Shown: one piece after another, positions 63,052 to 64,000 of the stretch
Layout of the letters: the number at the start of each line of letters is the position of its first letter
Position numbering within the stretch: the stretch's first letter is position 1
Assembly (NCBI GenBank): GCA_035286585.1
Contig: DATEDC010000099.1
Span: forward strand, 3,068 to 67,067
DNA length: 64,000 nucleotides
Direction of reading: 5' to 3'
DNA from: Anaerolineales bacterium
Lineage (GTDB): Bacteria > Chloroflexota > Anaerolineae > Anaerolineales > UBA4823
Program-made: the position numbers and the translations under genes
The notes under the pieces: generated by a model
What the model saw: only the letters and a program-made list of their open reading frames with translations
Databases searched by the model: none
Told to the model about the DNA's origin: nothing

Positions 63052-64000
63052 GCTGATCCTCCTCACTGGCGGGCTCACCCGCGCTTTCTGCCTGTTGGGG
63101 CTCGACTTGTTCCTGTGTGACCTCCATTTTACGTATCTTTGGATATCGCGTTCTGGCACGTTTGTTTAGATCTAGAGCGACCAGGATGACCATGCTGCCA
63201 ACCACACCGGGTATGAAGAACTTATAAAATTGATTTACATAATACACAACAGGATTATGTTCCAGAGATGGGATGTAATGTGAGAGCCAGGAATCGGGAA
63301 AGTTAATGGTGGCATCGGGGTGGCATAACTGGCAGCGGATTAAGAGATTTTCTTTCACCTGCAAGCCCCTCTCAGGATCGTCGGTAGCTTTAATGTCGTG
63401 GATACTATGGCAGTCATAGCAGACTGGCTTATTCGTCTCCGCGTCCGGGGTGATTTTTTCGAAGAGCGTGACGGTGGTGCCGTGGAAATCAGCTACATAA
63501 GTATTCAATACATCGGTGGAGAGGCCATATTTTGCCATGCGCTCTTCATCGGTGTGACACTTTGAGCAGATTTGCGGCGACTTCAAGCGAAATGAGGCAA
63601 CGGTGGGGTCTTCAATGTTATGCACACCGTGACAGTCGATGCAGGTGGGCACATCCGGATTGCCGGCTTCAATCAGGGCTGAGCCATGGACGGATTCTTG
63701 GTACTTTTCGTAAATGGCGCTGTGACACTGCGCACAGGTTTGGGGTATCCACACATGAGCATCGACGAGCAACTCGCCCGTTGTCCGGTCTTTGAGGGGG
63801 CGGACGGCGTGTGCGGTGTGGCAATCGGTACAGATGGCAGTTTCTCGTTTGCCCTCTGCCAGAGCTCGGGAATGGACGCTATCCTGGGCGAGGGCATATT
63901 GCTGCTCATGGCAGCCCCGGCAAGCCTGGTAGAGATCCAGGCTGGCAGCGCGCAGGTCGCTGGCGCTATAGGCTGGGTGTGGGTATTCACCCACTGAGCG
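63035..64000 (-). CDS. Multiheme c-type cytochrome with a C-terminal membrane anchor (5' end outside the window)
   Basis: Seven CxxCH motifs in the visible 320 aa: CRGCH, CTDCH, CAQCH, CIDCH, CSKCH, CYDCH and CQLCH. C-terminal TM helix FIPGVVGSMVILVALDL. The reading frame is open to the window edge. Confidence 0.8.
   Translation of the reverse strand, partial: RSVGEYPHPAYSASDLRAASLDLYQACRGCHEQQYALAQDSVHSRALAEGKRETAICTDCHTAHAVRPLKDRTTGELLVDAHVWIPQTCAQCHSAIYEKYQESVHGSALIEAGNPDVPTCIDCHGVHNIEDPTVASFRLKSPQICSKCHTDEERMAKYGLSTDVLNTYVADFHGTTVTLFEKITPDAETNKPVCYDCHSIHDIKATDDPERGLQVKENLLIRCQLCHPDATINFPDSWLSHYIPSLEHNPVVYYVNQFYKFFIPGVVGSMVILVALDLNKRARTRYPKIRKMEVTQEQVEPQQAESAGEPASEEDQHGSLS

Noticed and set aside
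1-64000. Search by eye for CRISPR arrays, tRNA/rRNA genes, prophage or integron structures
   Set aside because: I saw no regularly spaced direct repeats, no tRNA-like cloverleaf candidates in intergenic gaps, no rRNA-like stretches, and no integrase or phage structural genes. The only mobile element seen is the IS256-family copy.

Overview
This is a contiguous bacterial chromosomal segment with no rRNA, tRNA or CRISPR that I can see. The multidomain signalling proteins and overall gene style suggest a Chloroflexota/Anaerolineae-like organism, but that is only an inference.

Gene content from left to right:
- 0.1-7.0 kb: a polysaccharide/heptose locus with a GT4, a priming sugar transferase, an HddA-like GHMP kinase, a GmhA-like SIS-GAF fusion and a Wzz/BY-kinase.
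- 7.3-11.4 kb: three secreted repeat or carbohydrate-binding proteins.
- 11.4-18.1 kb: pcm, a large spermidine-synthase-like membrane protein, a membrane thioredoxin-like gene interrupted by an in-frame TGA at the catalytic Cys position, a rhodanese, and a Cys-free REC/TrxR-like flavoprotein.
- 18.1-24.9 kb: a same-strand signalling block of a zinc-ribbon class III cyclase-STAND, a TPR protein, DUF3307, a cNMP-binding histidine kinase with a CoA-binding tail, and a zf-UBP protein.
- 25.0-26.7 kb: a GNAT and a GT2.
- 26.9-28.4 kb: an intact IS256-family element with an 8-bp target duplication.
- 28.4-37.7 kb: a leader ORF and terminator followed by a complete shikimate-to-tyrosine operon.
- 37.7-64.0 kb: housekeeping and accessory genes, including hutH, an amino-acid ABC transporter with an FAD oxidase and an aminotransferase, tatA, a candidate Moco riboswitch with FmdE-like and TauE genes, and a multiheme cytochrome operon with a two-component system that is cut by the window end.

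The most interesting candidates:
- a Tyr-codon leader-peptide attenuator in front of the aro/tyr operon
- an IS insertion abutting that operon's -35 box
- a UxxC thioredoxin-like selenoprotein candidate with a SECIS-like hairpin
- the cAMP signalling block
- the riboswitch-controlled FmdE/TauE pair

All calls rest on reading the sequence and the ORF translations by eye. No database search or RNA folding was run.
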